Positions 1 to 10,231 of a stretch of DNA of 45,710 nucleotides are shown piece by piece. Numbering within the stretch: position 1 is the stretch's first letter; every line of letters starts with the position of its first letter. The stretch is taken from assembly GCA_946617595.1 (NCBI GenBank), contig CAMOKN010000017.1, positions 1 to 45,710 on the forward strand, written 5' to 3'. Origin of the DNA: an uncultured Clostridia bacterium (GTDB taxonomy: Bacteria; Bacillota; Clostridia; Oscillospirales; Ruminococcaceae). A program made the position numbers and the translations under genes. Under the pieces are notes generated by a model. That model saw nothing but the letters and a program-made list of their open reading frames with translations, searched no databases and had not been told where the DNA came from.

Positions 1-121
1 TACTTGCACCGATAGCTGCGTCAAGTCTCCTCACCTTGCGCCAGCAAGCTTTCGGAGACTTTTCTTGCTCTCGGTGCAACTATCTCATTTTCTCTTTTCA
101 AAGCAGTTTTTAGAGGTACCC
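1..121. mobile_element. MITE-like long-hairpin repeat, family A (left end outside window)
   Basis: Right end GTTTTTAGAGGTACCC and preceding CTATCTCATTTTCTCT match the copy at 41646-41803. Internal stems TTGCACCGA/TCGGTGCAA, AAGTCTCC/GGAGACTT and CTTG-CGCCAG-CAAG. Confidence 0.8.
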
Positions 122-163
122 TAAACGGAAGTTTATGCCCAAAACATGGAAAGGATATATTTT

Positions 164-1057
164 ATGAACATTACTGCCAGTTTCAGCAGACCCGATACCG
201 CAGTTCACACAAACCCGCAGCAGTCCGCAGTTCCGAAGTCGGCGGACAGCAAGGAAGAACAGACTAAATTTCTGAACGCAGGTGATGAGACTACCGAGAT
301 CTTTTCCGGAAGAGACAACGACGCATTCTCAAAAAAACTGACCGAGGTGTTCAAACGCGAAAATCACGATCTTATTCAAGGTCTGAGCGAGCTGTCGGAT
401 CAGGATAAGACAGAGCTTGCGCTGAACGCTTATTTTCAGATGCAGGGACGTGTTCAGCAGGCGATAAAGCGCGAAGAAGCTGATATAAAGATCTTCTCCG
501 CGTTCGAGGAAGAAAAGACGAATCTCACATCTATGCTCGAAGAAGCGCACAGAAACGGAACTGCTGTGGATCCGGCGGGTGATCCGGTAACGGCATCGGC
601 TATTGAAAAAAAGCTCGAAAAAGTTCAGGGAATGATCGACAAGCTTGTAGATCCTTACAGCTATGACGAGAAGGCAAATTCCCCCGAAAAAACGATAAAC
701 GAATCCATAAAGAAAGATTTTGCGGCATACGCAGGCGTATTTGAGGAAATGACCGGTCTTACAGGCGACGCGTTGGGGACCTCCGATGCGCTCCTTATAC
801 ACAAGACCGACCGCACGGAGAGCAGCTTCATACAGAAGGCTTACGAAACGATAGATTCTCTGAAGACACAGTCAAGCGGACTCCGTGATCTCAAAAAAGA
901 GTTTATGGGAGAAGTCGGTATCGAAGAAGAGGAAGAGCGCATGAGTGAAGAAGCAATGACAAAAATGGCAGTTTTCGAGTTCTTCCGTGAGCGTTTTGCT
1001 TATGCCGGACTGTATGACAGCTCAGAAACTCTTTCAATGCTCGACACTAACGCCTGA
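164..1057 (+). CDS. Hypothetical acidic, helical/coiled-coil-like protein
   Basis: Long ORF (track start 146). ATG at 164 follows an AAGGA RBS. No recognisable motif. Confidence 0.7.
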   Translation: MNITASFSRPDTAVHTNPQQSAVPKSADSKEEQTKFLNAGDETTEIFSGRDNDAFSKKLTEVFKRENHDLIQGLSELSDQDKTELALNAYFQMQGRVQQAIKREEADIKIFSAFEEEKTNLTSMLEEAHRNGTAVDPAGDPVTASAIEKKLEKVQGMIDKLVDPYSYDEKANSPEKTINESIKKDFAAYAGVFEEMTGLTGDALGTSDALLIHKTDRTESSFIQKAYETIDSLKTQSSGLRDLKKEFMGEVGIEEEEERMSEEAMTKMAVFEFFRERFAYAGLYDSSETLSMLDTNA

Positions 1058-1087
1058 TATTTTTCGGAAATTCGCACAGAATTTCAG

Positions 1088-1187
1088 GTTTAACCGCGAG
1101 GCTATCCGCCTTTCAGAAAGGAGAGGTAAGGGAGTTCGCGGAAATGAGGTTCTCTCTCCCTCCGACGCATCTCAAGCACAGCGGCCA
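1088..1187 (+). repeat. Degenerate family D-like intergenic repeat
   Basis: TTTAACCGCGAGGC ... CTCAAGCACAGCG resembles motifs TTTAACTGCGAAGC (near 39193) and CTCGAGCGCAGCG (near 42190). Confidence 0.4.
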
Positions 1188-1214
1188 GACTCCGAACAGA
1201 AATGAGGAACATAT

Positions 1215-4200
1215 ATGCTCAACTTTATATGCGGAGAAGCCGGGACCGGAAAATCCACCGAGCTTCTTAAACGCGCAGCAGGATCTGCAAAGGACGGCAG
1301 AAAAGCCGTTCTTTTTGTACCCGATCAGTTCTCGTTCGAGGCCGAGAAGCTCATATACAAGACAGTTCCTCACAAGTTTTCGAGGAACTGCAGGGTAACG
1401 ATGTTCTCAAGAGAGGCACAGAAGATACTTCACCTGCATGGCGAATCCAAAGAATACGCAGACGACATCGCCAAACATATAGTTATGAAGCGCGCACTGG
1501 AAGAATGTACCGCAAACGGTGAACTGATCTATTACCGCAGACAGGCGGCAAAACAAGGGTTCACGTCATTCGCGCTGGGAATGATAAGTGAGATGAGAGG
1601 CGCCGGACTCTCCCCTGCCGATCTGCGTGGCAGGCTCGCTGCCGAAAATATCGCCTCCGATACACTTTCAGATAAGCTGAATGACATTTCTGTCATCTAT
1701 TCTGCGTATGACAGGATACTGACAGAGAATTTCGATGACAGGCTCGACGATATACGCCGTGCAGCGGAGATAATCCTTCAGACCGATATCTTTGACGGCT
1801 GCGATGTGTTCTTCGACGAGTTTGACAGCTTTTCGGGAAATCAGCTCGGATTTATCCGCGCTCTGCTCGCAAAAGCCGCAAATGTTACAATAGCACTCAC
1901 CTGCGATCACCCCGAAAATAAAGACAGAAAATTTGAAGCAGCCTGCCGTCTTATCGGTCAGATAGCAGGCGACGGAGAAAAGCAGGTCACAGTAATGCAT
2001 GAGAAATTCCGCGATCCTGAGATCATGAAAATCATCGAAGCACGGGATATGTGGCAGGAATGCGACTGGATATGCGCAGAAATACGTTCGCTCATGGATA
2101 GGGGAGAGCGCTGCCGCAATATCGCCGTGATAGCTCCGGGAAACGAGTATGTCCGGATCCTCGGAAGCGCAATGAAAAAATACGAGATACCGGCTTTTGC
2201 GGATATACCCGAACCGCTGATAACAAAATCCTTCGTGCGTTTCGCAGTCTATACGCTGAAAGCCCTGTCATTCGAGACAGAGGACATTCTGAGATACGTA
2301 AAAAGCGGATTTGTACGCCATTCAAACGGCAAGGTGATAAGCAACATACAGGCTGACAAGCTTGAAAAGCTGTGCAGAAAATACGATATCCGCAGGCGCG
2401 ACTGGCTGCGTGAGTTCCCCGAAAAAATAGAAGATCACGATGAGCTTGAAGCCCTGCGCGAAAGCATAATCGAACCGCTGAAGGAACTCAGATCCGCCGT
2501 TGATAACGCTGACGGTGCAGGAATGACAAAAGCGCTTTGCAGTCATATATGCGACAGAATGGACATTTACAAGACCGTTTACGGAAAGTGCATAATCGAC
2601 CGCGACGAAAAGGGCGGACTAATCGTTGACCGCGCAAAACTTGAAGAGTACAGCAGTATATGGGACGATACCGTGACGGTGTTCGAGTCTGCATACAAGG
2701 CACTGTCCGGCTGCACGCTGCCGCTGTCGGAATATATTGATATAATAACGGATATTTTCACCGCAGAGACTGTCGCAAAGCCTCCGCAGGTGCTGGACGC
2801 AGTGACGGTCGGAGATCCCGGCAGAAGCCGCTTCGGAAAAGTAAAATATCTGTTCCTCTGCGGCTGCAATCAGGGCGTAATGCCGCCTTCACAGAGTATC
2901 TCATCGGTCTTTACCGCATCTGAAAGCGAACAGCTCTCACTTATGGGGATCCCTGTGAGCGCGGACAGACTTTCACGCTATTCTCAGGAGCTTTTCACGA
3001 TTTACCGCTGTATGAATATCCCTGAGCGCGGTATTTATCTGACATATCCTCTTCTCGGCAGCAGCGGGAGTTACCTTGAACCGGCAGGATTTTTAACTGA
3101 GCTTGCAAAACAGTACTGTATCACCGTTGACGGTGCCGATAACTACGGCACAGAGCATTATTGCCGCACTGAAAAGTCCGCCGAGCGTTATCTTGCTGCT
3201 ATATACAGTGACAGCTCACGTATGCCGGAAAGAAAGGCACTGTCGGAGCTGGTGAGTGAGGATTACCGTCAGATGCTGAAAAGTGCATCGGGTGAATATA
3301 AGTACCGCGACCGGCAGACAGTACAGAAAGAACGGGTGGCGCAGCTTATGGCGCTGAAAAGCTATTCCCCCACCGCGTTCACACAGCTAAACAGGTGCAA
3401 ATTCGCATTCTTCTGCAAGTATGGGCTCGGACTGCGCGAGGACGGAGAACGTGATATAAGTGTGCAGCTTGTCGGGACGGTAGTTCATTTCTGCCTGCAA
3501 AGACTGCTGAGCGATTACCGCGGAAGGCGTGAGGAATTCACAGCTTTGGCTGATGACGAAATAAGCGCTCATGTTTCGGAAAGCACCGCGATATTTGAGA
3601 ATGATAATTACTGCGGCGGATTCGGCGGTGCCGAGAGATTCTCTTATCTGCTGAAAAGACTCGGAATATACGCTTCAAAGGCGGCTGTAAGGATACGCGA
3701 CGAAACAGCGCTGAGCGGATTCTATCCGGAGGCGCTTGAACAGAAGCTGAGCTTTGCTTTCGGTGATGTGACGATATCGGGGGTATGTGACCGTATCGAC
3801 AGTATGGAGAAAGACGGGAAAAAATATATCCGCGTCGTGGATTATAAGCACGGAAAGCCGGAAATAAAACTCGATGACATCTACAACGGAGAAAACCTCC
3901 AGATGCTGCTCTATCTTTTCGGAATATGCGAAACCGGCGGAGATGCCTGTGTGCCGTCATCAGCGATGTACCTGCCGTTCGGAAATATAAGCTATGAAAG
4001 CTCTGACGGAAGCGACACCGACGAAAAGGCAATAAAAAGTATGCAGAACTATATGTCAGAGCACTCACTGTCCGGTATTATCCTTTCAGATTCTCCGGAA
4101 AAGGAGGATCTTGAAGCGATAACCGAAGATCTTACAAAAAGATTCGGCAAAAAGCGCGGAAAAGGCTATATTTCGACAGTGGAGCTTACGCCGGAAATAT

Positions 4201-4346
4201 ACGGCGCGGTAAGATCATACTGCCGCTCGTATGTGAACTCCAAAGCCGCAGAAGCAGCTGCGGGAATGGCAAGCGCCTGCCCCTCCGGAAAAAATGCCTG
4301 CGATTATTGTTCATTCGGACTTTTCTGCGGAAGAAAAACAGGCTGA
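1215..4346 (+). CDS. addB: AddB/RexB-like helicase-nuclease subunit B (PD-(D/E)XK nuclease)
   Basis: N-terminal GEAGTGKS, then VPDQFSFEAEK. C-terminal GVCDRID..VVDYK..LQMLLY. Fe-S cysteines RCKF and CDYCSFGLFC. Confidence 0.88.
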   Translation: MLNFICGEAGTGKSTELLKRAAGSAKDGRKAVLFVPDQFSFEAEKLIYKTVPHKFSRNCRVTMFSREAQKILHLHGESKEYADDIAKHIVMKRALEECTANGELIYYRRQAAKQGFTSFALGMISEMRGAGLSPADLRGRLAAENIASDTLSDKLNDISVIYSAYDRILTENFDDRLDDIRRAAEIILQTDIFDGCDVFFDEFDSFSGNQLGFIRALLAKAANVTIALTCDHPENKDRKFEAACRLIGQIAGDGEKQVTVMHEKFRDPEIMKIIEARDMWQECDWICAEIRSLMDRGERCRNIAVIAPGNEYVRILGSAMKKYEIPAFADIPEPLITKSFVRFAVYTLKALSFETEDILRYVKSGFVRHSNGKVISNIQADKLEKLCRKYDIRRRDWLREFPEKIEDHDELEALRESIIEPLKELRSAVDNADGAGMTKALCSHICDRMDIYKTVYGKCIIDRDEKGGLIVDRAKLEEYSSIWDDTVTVFESAYKALSGCTLPLSEYIDIITDIFTAETVAKPPQVLDAVTVGDPGRSRFGKVKYLFLCGCNQGVMPPSQSISSVFTASESEQLSLMGIPVSADRLSRYSQELFTIYRCMNIPERGIYLTYPLLGSSGSYLEPAGFLTELAKQYCITVDGADNYGTEHYCRTEKSAERYLAAIYSDSSRMPERKALSELVSEDYRQMLKSASGEYKYRDRQTVQKERVAQLMALKSYSPTAFTQLNRCKFAFFCKYGLGLREDGERDISVQLVGTVVHFCLQRLLSDYRGRREEFTALADDEISAHVSESTAIFENDNYCGGFGGAERFSYLLKRLGIYASKAAVRIRDETALSGFYPEALEQKLSFAFGDVTISGVCDRIDSMEKDGKKYIRVVDYKHGKPEIKLDDIYNGENLQMLLYLFGICETGGDACVPSSAMYLPFGNISYESSDGSDTDEKAIKSMQNYMSEHSLSGIILSDSPEKEDLEAITEDLTKRFGKKRGKGYISTVELTPEIYGAVRSYCRSYVNSKAAEAAAGMASACPSGKNACDYCSFGLFCGRKTG

Positions 4347-4357
4347 ACAAATAATCA

Positions 4358-4386
4358 TTGACAAACAGGGAAAATTATAGTATAAT
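4358..4386 (+). promoter_or_regulatory. Sigma-A promoter of secA
   Basis: TTGACA-N17-TATAAT consensus; AAAGGAG RBS downstream. Confidence 0.85.
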
Positions 4387-4425
4387 GTATGGGAATATCT
4401 GAAAATAATAAAAGGAGATAATCAA

Positions 4426-7164
4426 ATGGGGCTTTTCAGCAAGCTTTTCGGGACCTATTCCGAAAAAGAATTAAAGAGAATAGACGGGATCAAGCAGTCG
4501 GTCCTTGACCGCGAGCCCATGTATCAGGCAATGACTGACAAAGAGATCCAGGGACAGACAGCAGTTCTGAAGGCACGTCTTGAAAAGGGCGAAACTCTCG
4601 ACGACATTCTTCCCGATGCTTTTGCGGTATGCAGAGAAGCAATGTGGCGCGTTATCGGCATAAAGCCTTATCCCGTTCAGGTAATAGGCGGCATCGTTCT
4701 GCATCAGGGACGTATCGCTGAAATGAAGACAGGTGAAGGTAAGACTTACGTTGCGGCACTCCCGTCATATCTGAACGCGCTGACCGGCAAAGGTGTACAC
4801 GTAGTTACCGTAAATGACTACCTCGCAAAGCGCGACAGTGAGCTTATCGGACGTGTACACCGCTTTCTCGGACTCACGGTGGGTCTTATTATCCACGACA
4901 AGCAGAACGATCAGAGACGCGAGGCTTATAACTGCGACATCACCTACGGTACCAATAATGAATACGGATTTGACTATCTCCGTGACAATATGTGCATACG
5001 CAAGCAGGATAAGGTCCAGCGTGAAATGAACTATGCCATTGTCGATGAGGTGGACTCCATACTCATAGATGAGGCAAGAACTCCGCTCATCATCTCCGGA
5101 AGAGGTGACAAGCCCACCGATCTGTATGAAAAAGCGGACAAGTTTGCAAGAACTCTGACATCAATGAAGGTCGTTGAGGTCGATTCAAAGGAAGAACAGG
5201 ACGATTATGAAGCCGATTATATCATCGACGAAAAAGCAAAGACCGCAACTCTCCTGCCTAACGGCGTAAAGAAGGCTGAAAAGTATTTCGGTATCGAGAA
5301 CCTTATGGATCCTGACAACATGACCATACTGCACCATGTGAATCAGGCGATCAAGGCGCACGGCTGTATGCATCTTGATATTGAATATGTCGTAAAGGAC
5401 GGTGAGATCGTCATCGTTGACGAATTCACCGGACGTCTGATGTTCGGACGCCGTTTCAATGAGGGTCTTCATCAGGCTATCGAAGCCAAGGAAGGCGTAA
5501 AGGTAAAGCACGAGAGCAAGACGCTCGCAACGATAACCTTCCAGAACTTCTTCCGCCTTTATGCAAAGCTTTCCGGAATGACCGGTACAGCTATGACCGA
5601 AGAAACCGAGTTCAGAGGAATTTACAATCTCGATGTTATCGAGATCCCCACAAACAAGCCTGTTATCCGTATCGACAGACAGGATCAGGTATATAAGAAC
5701 GAGCACGGAAAGTTCACTGCCGCTATCGAACAGATAAAGGAGTGCCACGAAAAGGGGCAGCCTGTTCTGGTCGGAACTATATCCATAGAAAAGTCGGAAG
5801 TCCTTTCAAAGATGCTCAAAAAGACCGGCATCAAGCATGAAGTGCTCAATGCGAAGAACCACGAGCGTGAAGCTGAGATCGTTGCACAGGCAGGCAAAAA
5901 GGGTGCAGTCACTATTGCCACTAACATGGCAGGACGAGGCACTGATATCATGCTCGGAGGAAATGCCGAATATCTCGCAAAAGCCGATATGCGCAGACAG
6001 GGTATCCCGGAGGAGCTTATCGTCGAAGCAACAGGATTTGCCGAAACTGACAACGAGGAGATACTCTCCGCAAGAAAGCTTTATATGGAGCTCAACGAAA
6101 AATATAAGAAGCAGATAGCCCCAGAGGCGGAAGAAGTCCGCAATGCAGGCGGTCTGTTCATTCTCGGCACCGAGCGCCATGAGTCAAGACGTATCGACAA
6201 CCAGCTCAGAGGACGTGCGGGACGTCAGGGAGATCCCGGCGAGAGCTGCTTCTTCGTATCGCTCGAAGATGATCTTATGCGTCTGTTCGGCGGCGAAAGA
6301 GTTCAGGCTATCATGGAGACTCTGAAGATAGAAGAAGATATACCGATCGAAAACAGTATCCTTACAAAGACTATCGAATCCTCACAGAGAAAGATAGAAA
6401 GCCGCAACTATCAGATAAGAAAGAATGTCCTCGACTTCGACGATGTTATGTCACAGCAGAGAATGACGATCTATTCTCAGCGCGCAAAGGTGCTCAACGG
6501 CGACGATATAAGCGCAAGCATCAAGTCTATGATCGACGAGAGCATCAAGGAAAATGTGGATATCTTCTGCCAGGGCGATATCGCCGACAACTGGAATATA
6601 ACAGGTCTGAGAGAGCATTATATCGGCGTTCTCACACAGCCTGACGATCTGGTATATACGGCAGATGAACTGAACAATATAAAGAAGACGGATATCTCGG
6701 AAATGCTTGTCGAGCGTGCCGAAGCCATTTATGCAGCTAAGGAGATGGAATATTCTTCTGAAGTGATGAGAGAGCTTGAACGTGTTATCCTGCTCAGAAA
6801 TGTAGATGAAAAGTGGATGGATCACATTGACGCTATGGACGAGCTCAAACATGGTATCTATCTGCGTTCAATGGGTCAGAAGGATCCTGTTGTAGAATAC
6901 CGCTTTGAAGGATTCGCAATGTTCGATGAAATGGTAGCCGCTATCAGAGAGGATACCGTCCGCGCTATACTCACAGCAAGACTCGCCCCGAACAGACAGC
7001 CTCCCAAGAGAGTGCAGGTAATGCGTCCCGATATGCCCTCCGGTACTTTTCGCAGGACAGCTCCCAAAAAGTCAAAGGAGAAAAAGGCTCCGACAGCTCT
7101 CAGCGGAAACCCTGTTCAGGAGCAGCCTCAGGAACAGCCTGAACAGTCCACTACAGACGAATAA
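4426..7164 (+). CDS. secA: Preprotein translocase ATPase SecA
   Basis: [37 protein letters not shown] and [21 protein letters not shown] motifs. Confidence 0.98.
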   Translation: MGLFSKLFGTYSEKELKRIDGIKQSVLDREPMYQAMTDKEIQGQTAVLKARLEKGETLDDILPDAFAVCREAMWRVIGIKPYPVQVIGGIVLHQGRIAEMKTGEGKTYVAALPSYLNALTGKGVHVVTVNDYLAKRDSELIGRVHRFLGLTVGLIIHDKQNDQRREAYNCDITYGTNNEYGFDYLRDNMCIRKQDKVQREMNYAIVDEVDSILIDEARTPLIISGRGDKPTDLYEKADKFARTLTSMKVVEVDSKEEQDDYEADYIIDEKAKTATLLPNGVKKAEKYFGIENLMDPDNMTILHHVNQAIKAHGCMHLDIEYVVKDGEIVIVDEFTGRLMFGRRFNEGLHQAIEAKEGVKVKHESKTLATITFQNFFRLYAKLSGMTGTAMTEETEFRGIYNLDVIEIPTNKPVIRIDRQDQVYKNEHGKFTAAIEQIKECHEKGQPVLVGTISIEKSEVLSKMLKKTGIKHEVLNAKNHEREAEIVAQAGKKGAVTIATNMAGRGTDIMLGGNAEYLAKADMRRQGIPEELIVEATGFAETDNEEILSARKLYMELNEKYKKQIAPEAEEVRNAGGLFILGTERHESRRIDNQLRGRAGRQGDPGESCFFVSLEDDLMRLFGGERVQAIMETLKIEEDIPIENSILTKTIESSQRKIESRNYQIRKNVLDFDDVMSQQRMTIYSQRAKVLNGDDISASIKSMIDESIKENVDIFCQGDIADNWNITGLREHYIGVLTQPDDLVYTADELNNIKKTDISEMLVERAEAIYAAKEMEYSSEVMRELERVILLRNVDEKWMDHIDAMDELKHGIYLRSMGQKDPVVEYRFEGFAMFDEMVAAIREDTVRAILTARLAPNRQPPKRVQVMRPDMPSGTFRRTAPKKSKEKKAPTALSGNPVQEQPQEQPEQSTTDE

Positions 7165-7230
7165 GAACCGCTCGGGATCGGTCGCTTCGCATTTAAGCCC
7201 TAACGTTTCTGCATTATTTCAATAAACAGA

Positions 7231-7258
7231 TTATCCCTTGCCTTATGGTGAGGGATAA
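7231..7258. terminator. Stem-loop downstream of secA
   Basis: TTATCCCTTGCC-TTAT-GGTGAGGGATAA inverted repeat; weak U-tract. Confidence 0.45.
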
Positions 7259-7287
7259 GTGAATTTTAAAGAAAAGAGAATTGTCCT

Positions 7288-8451
7288 ATGATGTTAGTCA
7301 GTGAAACAAGAAAAGAACTCACAGAGCATATAATCCCGTTCTGGGATAAGCTCCGCGATGATAAGAACGGCGGATTCTACGGATTTATGGATCATGACCT
7401 GAAACTCGATAAAAATGCCGAAAAAGGCGTGATACTCCATTCGAGAATACTATGGTTCTATTCAAACTGCTACCTCGTTCTCGGAGACAGCCACTGCCTC
7501 GAAAACGCTACCCACTGCTATGAGTTTATGAGAAAATACTGCGTAGATCCGGTAAACGGCGGTGTTTACTGGCTGATGAACTGCGACGGGACCGTAAGCG
7601 ACAGCATGAAGCATACCTACTGTCAGGCATTCTTCATATACGCTCTGGCAAGCTACTACGATGCTTCTCATGATGCAAACGCGCTGAAGCTGGCACTTGA
7701 AATATTCGAGACTGTTGAAAAGAACTGCACCGATGATATAGCATATCTCGAAGCTATGTCCGCAGACTGGAAGCTCATACCGAATGACGCGCTTTCAGAA
7801 AACGGTCTTATGGCAGACAAGACCATGAATACCACACTGCATCTTCTTGAAGCTTACACAGAGCTTTACCGCGTCAGCAGCGATGAGAGAGTGCTGAACA
7901 GACTGAAATTCCAGATAAATATTTTCCTCGACAAGATTTATTATGAACCTGAGCACCGGCTTCTTGTATTTTTCGACCGCGAGCTGAACGTCATCGGAGA
8001 TATACATTCATACGGTCATGATATCGAGGCTACATGGCTTATCGACAGGGCGTGTGAGGTCATCGGAGATGATGAGCTTACTGCAAAGGTAAGAGCAATG
8101 AACGAGGCGGTTGTAAAGAATATCGCGGATATTGCATTTGAGCACTGCGCACTCAATAATGAGCGTGAAAACGACAAGATCAGCAAAATGCATATCTGGT
8201 GGGTTCAGGCAGAAGGAGTTGTGGGATTCCTCAACGCGTATCAGAAATACGGTGAGAAGCGTTATCTTGACATCTCTGAGGCGTTGTGGAGCAATATCCG
8301 CAATGAGATCATCGACAAGCGCGAGGGCGGCGAATGGTATTCGCAGATACTTGAAAACGGCAAGCCCGATACCGCAAAGCCCACTGTTGATCCGTGGAAA
8401 TGTCCGTATCACAACGGCAGAATGTGTCTTGAAATTATGAAAAGAAGCTGA
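7288..8451 (+). CDS. AGE-family epimerase, probably cellobiose 2-epimerase
   Basis: KGVILHSRILW, KTMNTTLHLLEAY, SYGHDIEATWL, WWVQAEG and WKCPYHNGR motifs. Confidence 0.88.
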   Translation: MMLVSETRKELTEHIIPFWDKLRDDKNGGFYGFMDHDLKLDKNAEKGVILHSRILWFYSNCYLVLGDSHCLENATHCYEFMRKYCVDPVNGGVYWLMNCDGTVSDSMKHTYCQAFFIYALASYYDASHDANALKLALEIFETVEKNCTDDIAYLEAMSADWKLIPNDALSENGLMADKTMNTTLHLLEAYTELYRVSSDERVLNRLKFQINIFLDKIYYEPEHRLLVFFDRELNVIGDIHSYGHDIEATWLIDRACEVIGDDELTAKVRAMNEAVVKNIADIAFEHCALNNERENDKISKMHIWWVQAEGVVGFLNAYQKYGEKRYLDISEALWSNIRNEIIDKREGGEWYSQILENGKPDTAKPTVDPWKCPYHNGRMCLEIMKRS

Positions 8452-8457
8452 AAATAA

Positions 8458-8493
8458 GACCTGCTCTCAGCATTTTGAAGAGAGCAGGTTTTT
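8458..8493 (+). terminator. Rho-independent terminator
   Basis: GACCTGCTCTC...GAGAGCAGGTTTTT immediately after the stop codon. Confidence 0.75.
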
Positions 8494-8605
8494 GGTTTAA
8501 ATGCAATGTCTGACGGGTTTAGCTGCGAAGCTGTTGGACTTTCAGGAATACGGGAGATGGGGATTCCATTCACCGATACTGAGTGCAGCGACATTCTGAA
8601 AAGAA

Positions 8606-8631
8606 AAAAAGCCACAGACGAGCTGTGGCTT
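8606..8631 (-). terminator. Rho-independent terminator of the ferredoxin gene
   Basis: AAGCCACAG/CTGTGGCTT stem with an A-run on + (U-tract on -). Confidence 0.7.
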
Positions 8632-8645
8632 ATGTTCAATTCTGA

Positions 8646-8816
8646 TTATTCGCTCTTGGGAGCTCCTACAGGACATGCGTCTGCACAAGCGCCGCAATCT
8701 ATGCACTTTGAAGGATCGATAGAATAAGCGTCTCCTGCCGAAATAGCCTCAACGGGGCATCCGTCTGCACATGCGCCGCAAGCGATGCACTCTTCTGCTG
8801 TGATTTTATAAGCCAT
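8646..8816 (-). CDS. fdx: Clostridial-type 2[4Fe-4S] ferredoxin, 56 aa (absent from the ORF track)
   Basis: Manual translation MAYKITAEECIACGACADGCPVEAISAGDAYSIDPSKCIDCGACADACPVGAPKSE. Two CxxCxxCxxxCP motifs; AGGAGG RBS. Confidence 0.95.
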   Translation of the reverse strand: MAYKITAEECIACGACADGCPVEAISAGDAYSIDPSKCIDCGACADACPVGAPKSE

Positions 8817-9024
8817 TGGTAAATTCCTCCTTGATTGGTTTCGGCACTTCTGCCGTTATCAATATTATAACAAAGGCGCACAATAAAATCAAGCGGTTGA
8901 TCCGATTTTTTGTATAGTTCGACTGCGCTAACTGCTTTGTTGCCGATTTTATGGGAAGTGTAACTTTTGTGAAACGGAGAATAATGCCCTGTTTTTGTTG
9001 GTTTTGACGAAAATTAATGTATTG

Positions 9025-10005
9025 TCAGTACGAAACTATATCACCCTCGGCAAGTCCGCTCAGCACTATGGTAAGATCATCGACCGTATCCCCGACCTCA
9101 ATCGGGATACGTGTACGAGTCCCGTCATTGGCATAGTAGCAGTATGTTGCGCCCGAATACAGCATCACGGCGTCCTTCGGGATACACAAGGCGTTATGCT
9201 TGTTATAGACCTTTACAATAACGGTAGCCCAGCCGGCAGAAACGAGATTTCCGACAGACCCGGTCGCGCGATCAAGTTCGCCTTCATCGAACGCTATGAG
9301 GACCTTGCCGTTGACACTGCCGCGTCCTGCACCGTTTGAAGCCTCCATTATCACCCTTCCGGTAAAAGTATCGTTTGAGCCGAATTTCAACTGAACAGGG
9401 GTGCCAAGCGCAAAACGCTCCTTGTTCTGTTCGACCGTTACATACACTTCGTCCGGCTTTGCAACAGAGCAGACAGGAGTTCCGGCTGATACATTATTTC
9501 CCGTCTCGAGCCGTTCTGTAGATGTTACTATACAGTCATACGGCGCTCTTATAGTATAGCTGTCTATCTTGTACTGTATCATGTTCAGCCGTTCGGATTC
9601 GATCTCATACTCTATTCTTGCAGCCTCAGTACCGGACGATATATATCTTGAATACGCACTGTCGGCAAGTATCTTCTGATTCTGATAATCATAGGTCATA
9701 TCAGCCGATGAGAACACAGCAATTATGTCTCCGGCTTTCAGAAGATCGCCTTTTTTTACGTTATATTCAAGAACATTTGTGTCATAGTCTATAGAAAGAA
9801 CATCTGCAAAAGCGTATTCAACATTACCTGCCATGGTCATATTCTGCGAAAGATCATGGTATGAGGCTTCAGCAGTCTTATAGCTTTTTGATGAATCTCC
9901 GTCAAGTATCGGTATTTTTATCTCCGAACCGACAGCCTTACCCGAACAGCCGCCCGCAGTGATAAGTAATGCCGCTGTGATCAGCGCAAATATCTTTTTC
10001 TTCAT
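9025..10005 (-). CDS. Membrane-fusion/periplasmic adaptor (HlyD/RND-MFP-like) lipoprotein
   Basis: Lipobox-like AGGC; lipoyl-half motifs VKKGDLLKAGDII and IRAPYDCIV; C-terminal IPKDAV..IEVG..VLSGLAEGDIV. Confidence 0.8.
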   Translation of the reverse strand: MKKKIFALITAALLITAGGCSGKAVGSEIKIPILDGDSSKSYKTAEASYHDLSQNMTMAGNVEYAFADVLSIDYDTNVLEYNVKKGDLLKAGDIIAVFSSADMTYDYQNQKILADSAYSRYISSGTEAARIEYEIESERLNMIQYKIDSYTIRAPYDCIVTSTERLETGNNVSAGTPVCSVAKPDEVYVTVEQNKERFALGTPVQLKFGSNDTFTGRVIMEASNGAGRGSVNGKVLIAFDEGELDRATGSVGNLVSAGWATVIVKVYNKHNALCIPKDAVMLYSGATYCYYANDGTRTRIPIEVGDTVDDLTIVLSGLAEGDIVSY

Positions 10006-10133
10006 ATATTTCCCTGTAAAATAATAAGCCCGGTGCCAACTGCTGATATTATATCACATATCACCGGAAATTGCAATAAACGCTGAATAATTATCTTCCA
10101 ATTTTATCAGAAAATATTTCTTTGACAAAAAAC

Positions 10134-10162
10134 TTGAAATATAATTCACACTATGATATAAT
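10134..10162 (+). promoter_or_regulatory. Sigma-A-type promoter of the 10232-13124 operon
   Basis: TTGAAA-N17-TATAAT with an upstream TG. Confidence 0.6.
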
Positions 10163-10231
10163 GGTATTACCGCGGCAGCGGTGCTTTCAGCATATCCGTG
10201 CCGATCGTCAGCCAATAAAGGAGAATCATCT

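Noticed and set aside
3360-4346. Cas4-like nuclease
   Set aside because: This is the Fe-S nuclease domain of full-length AddB.
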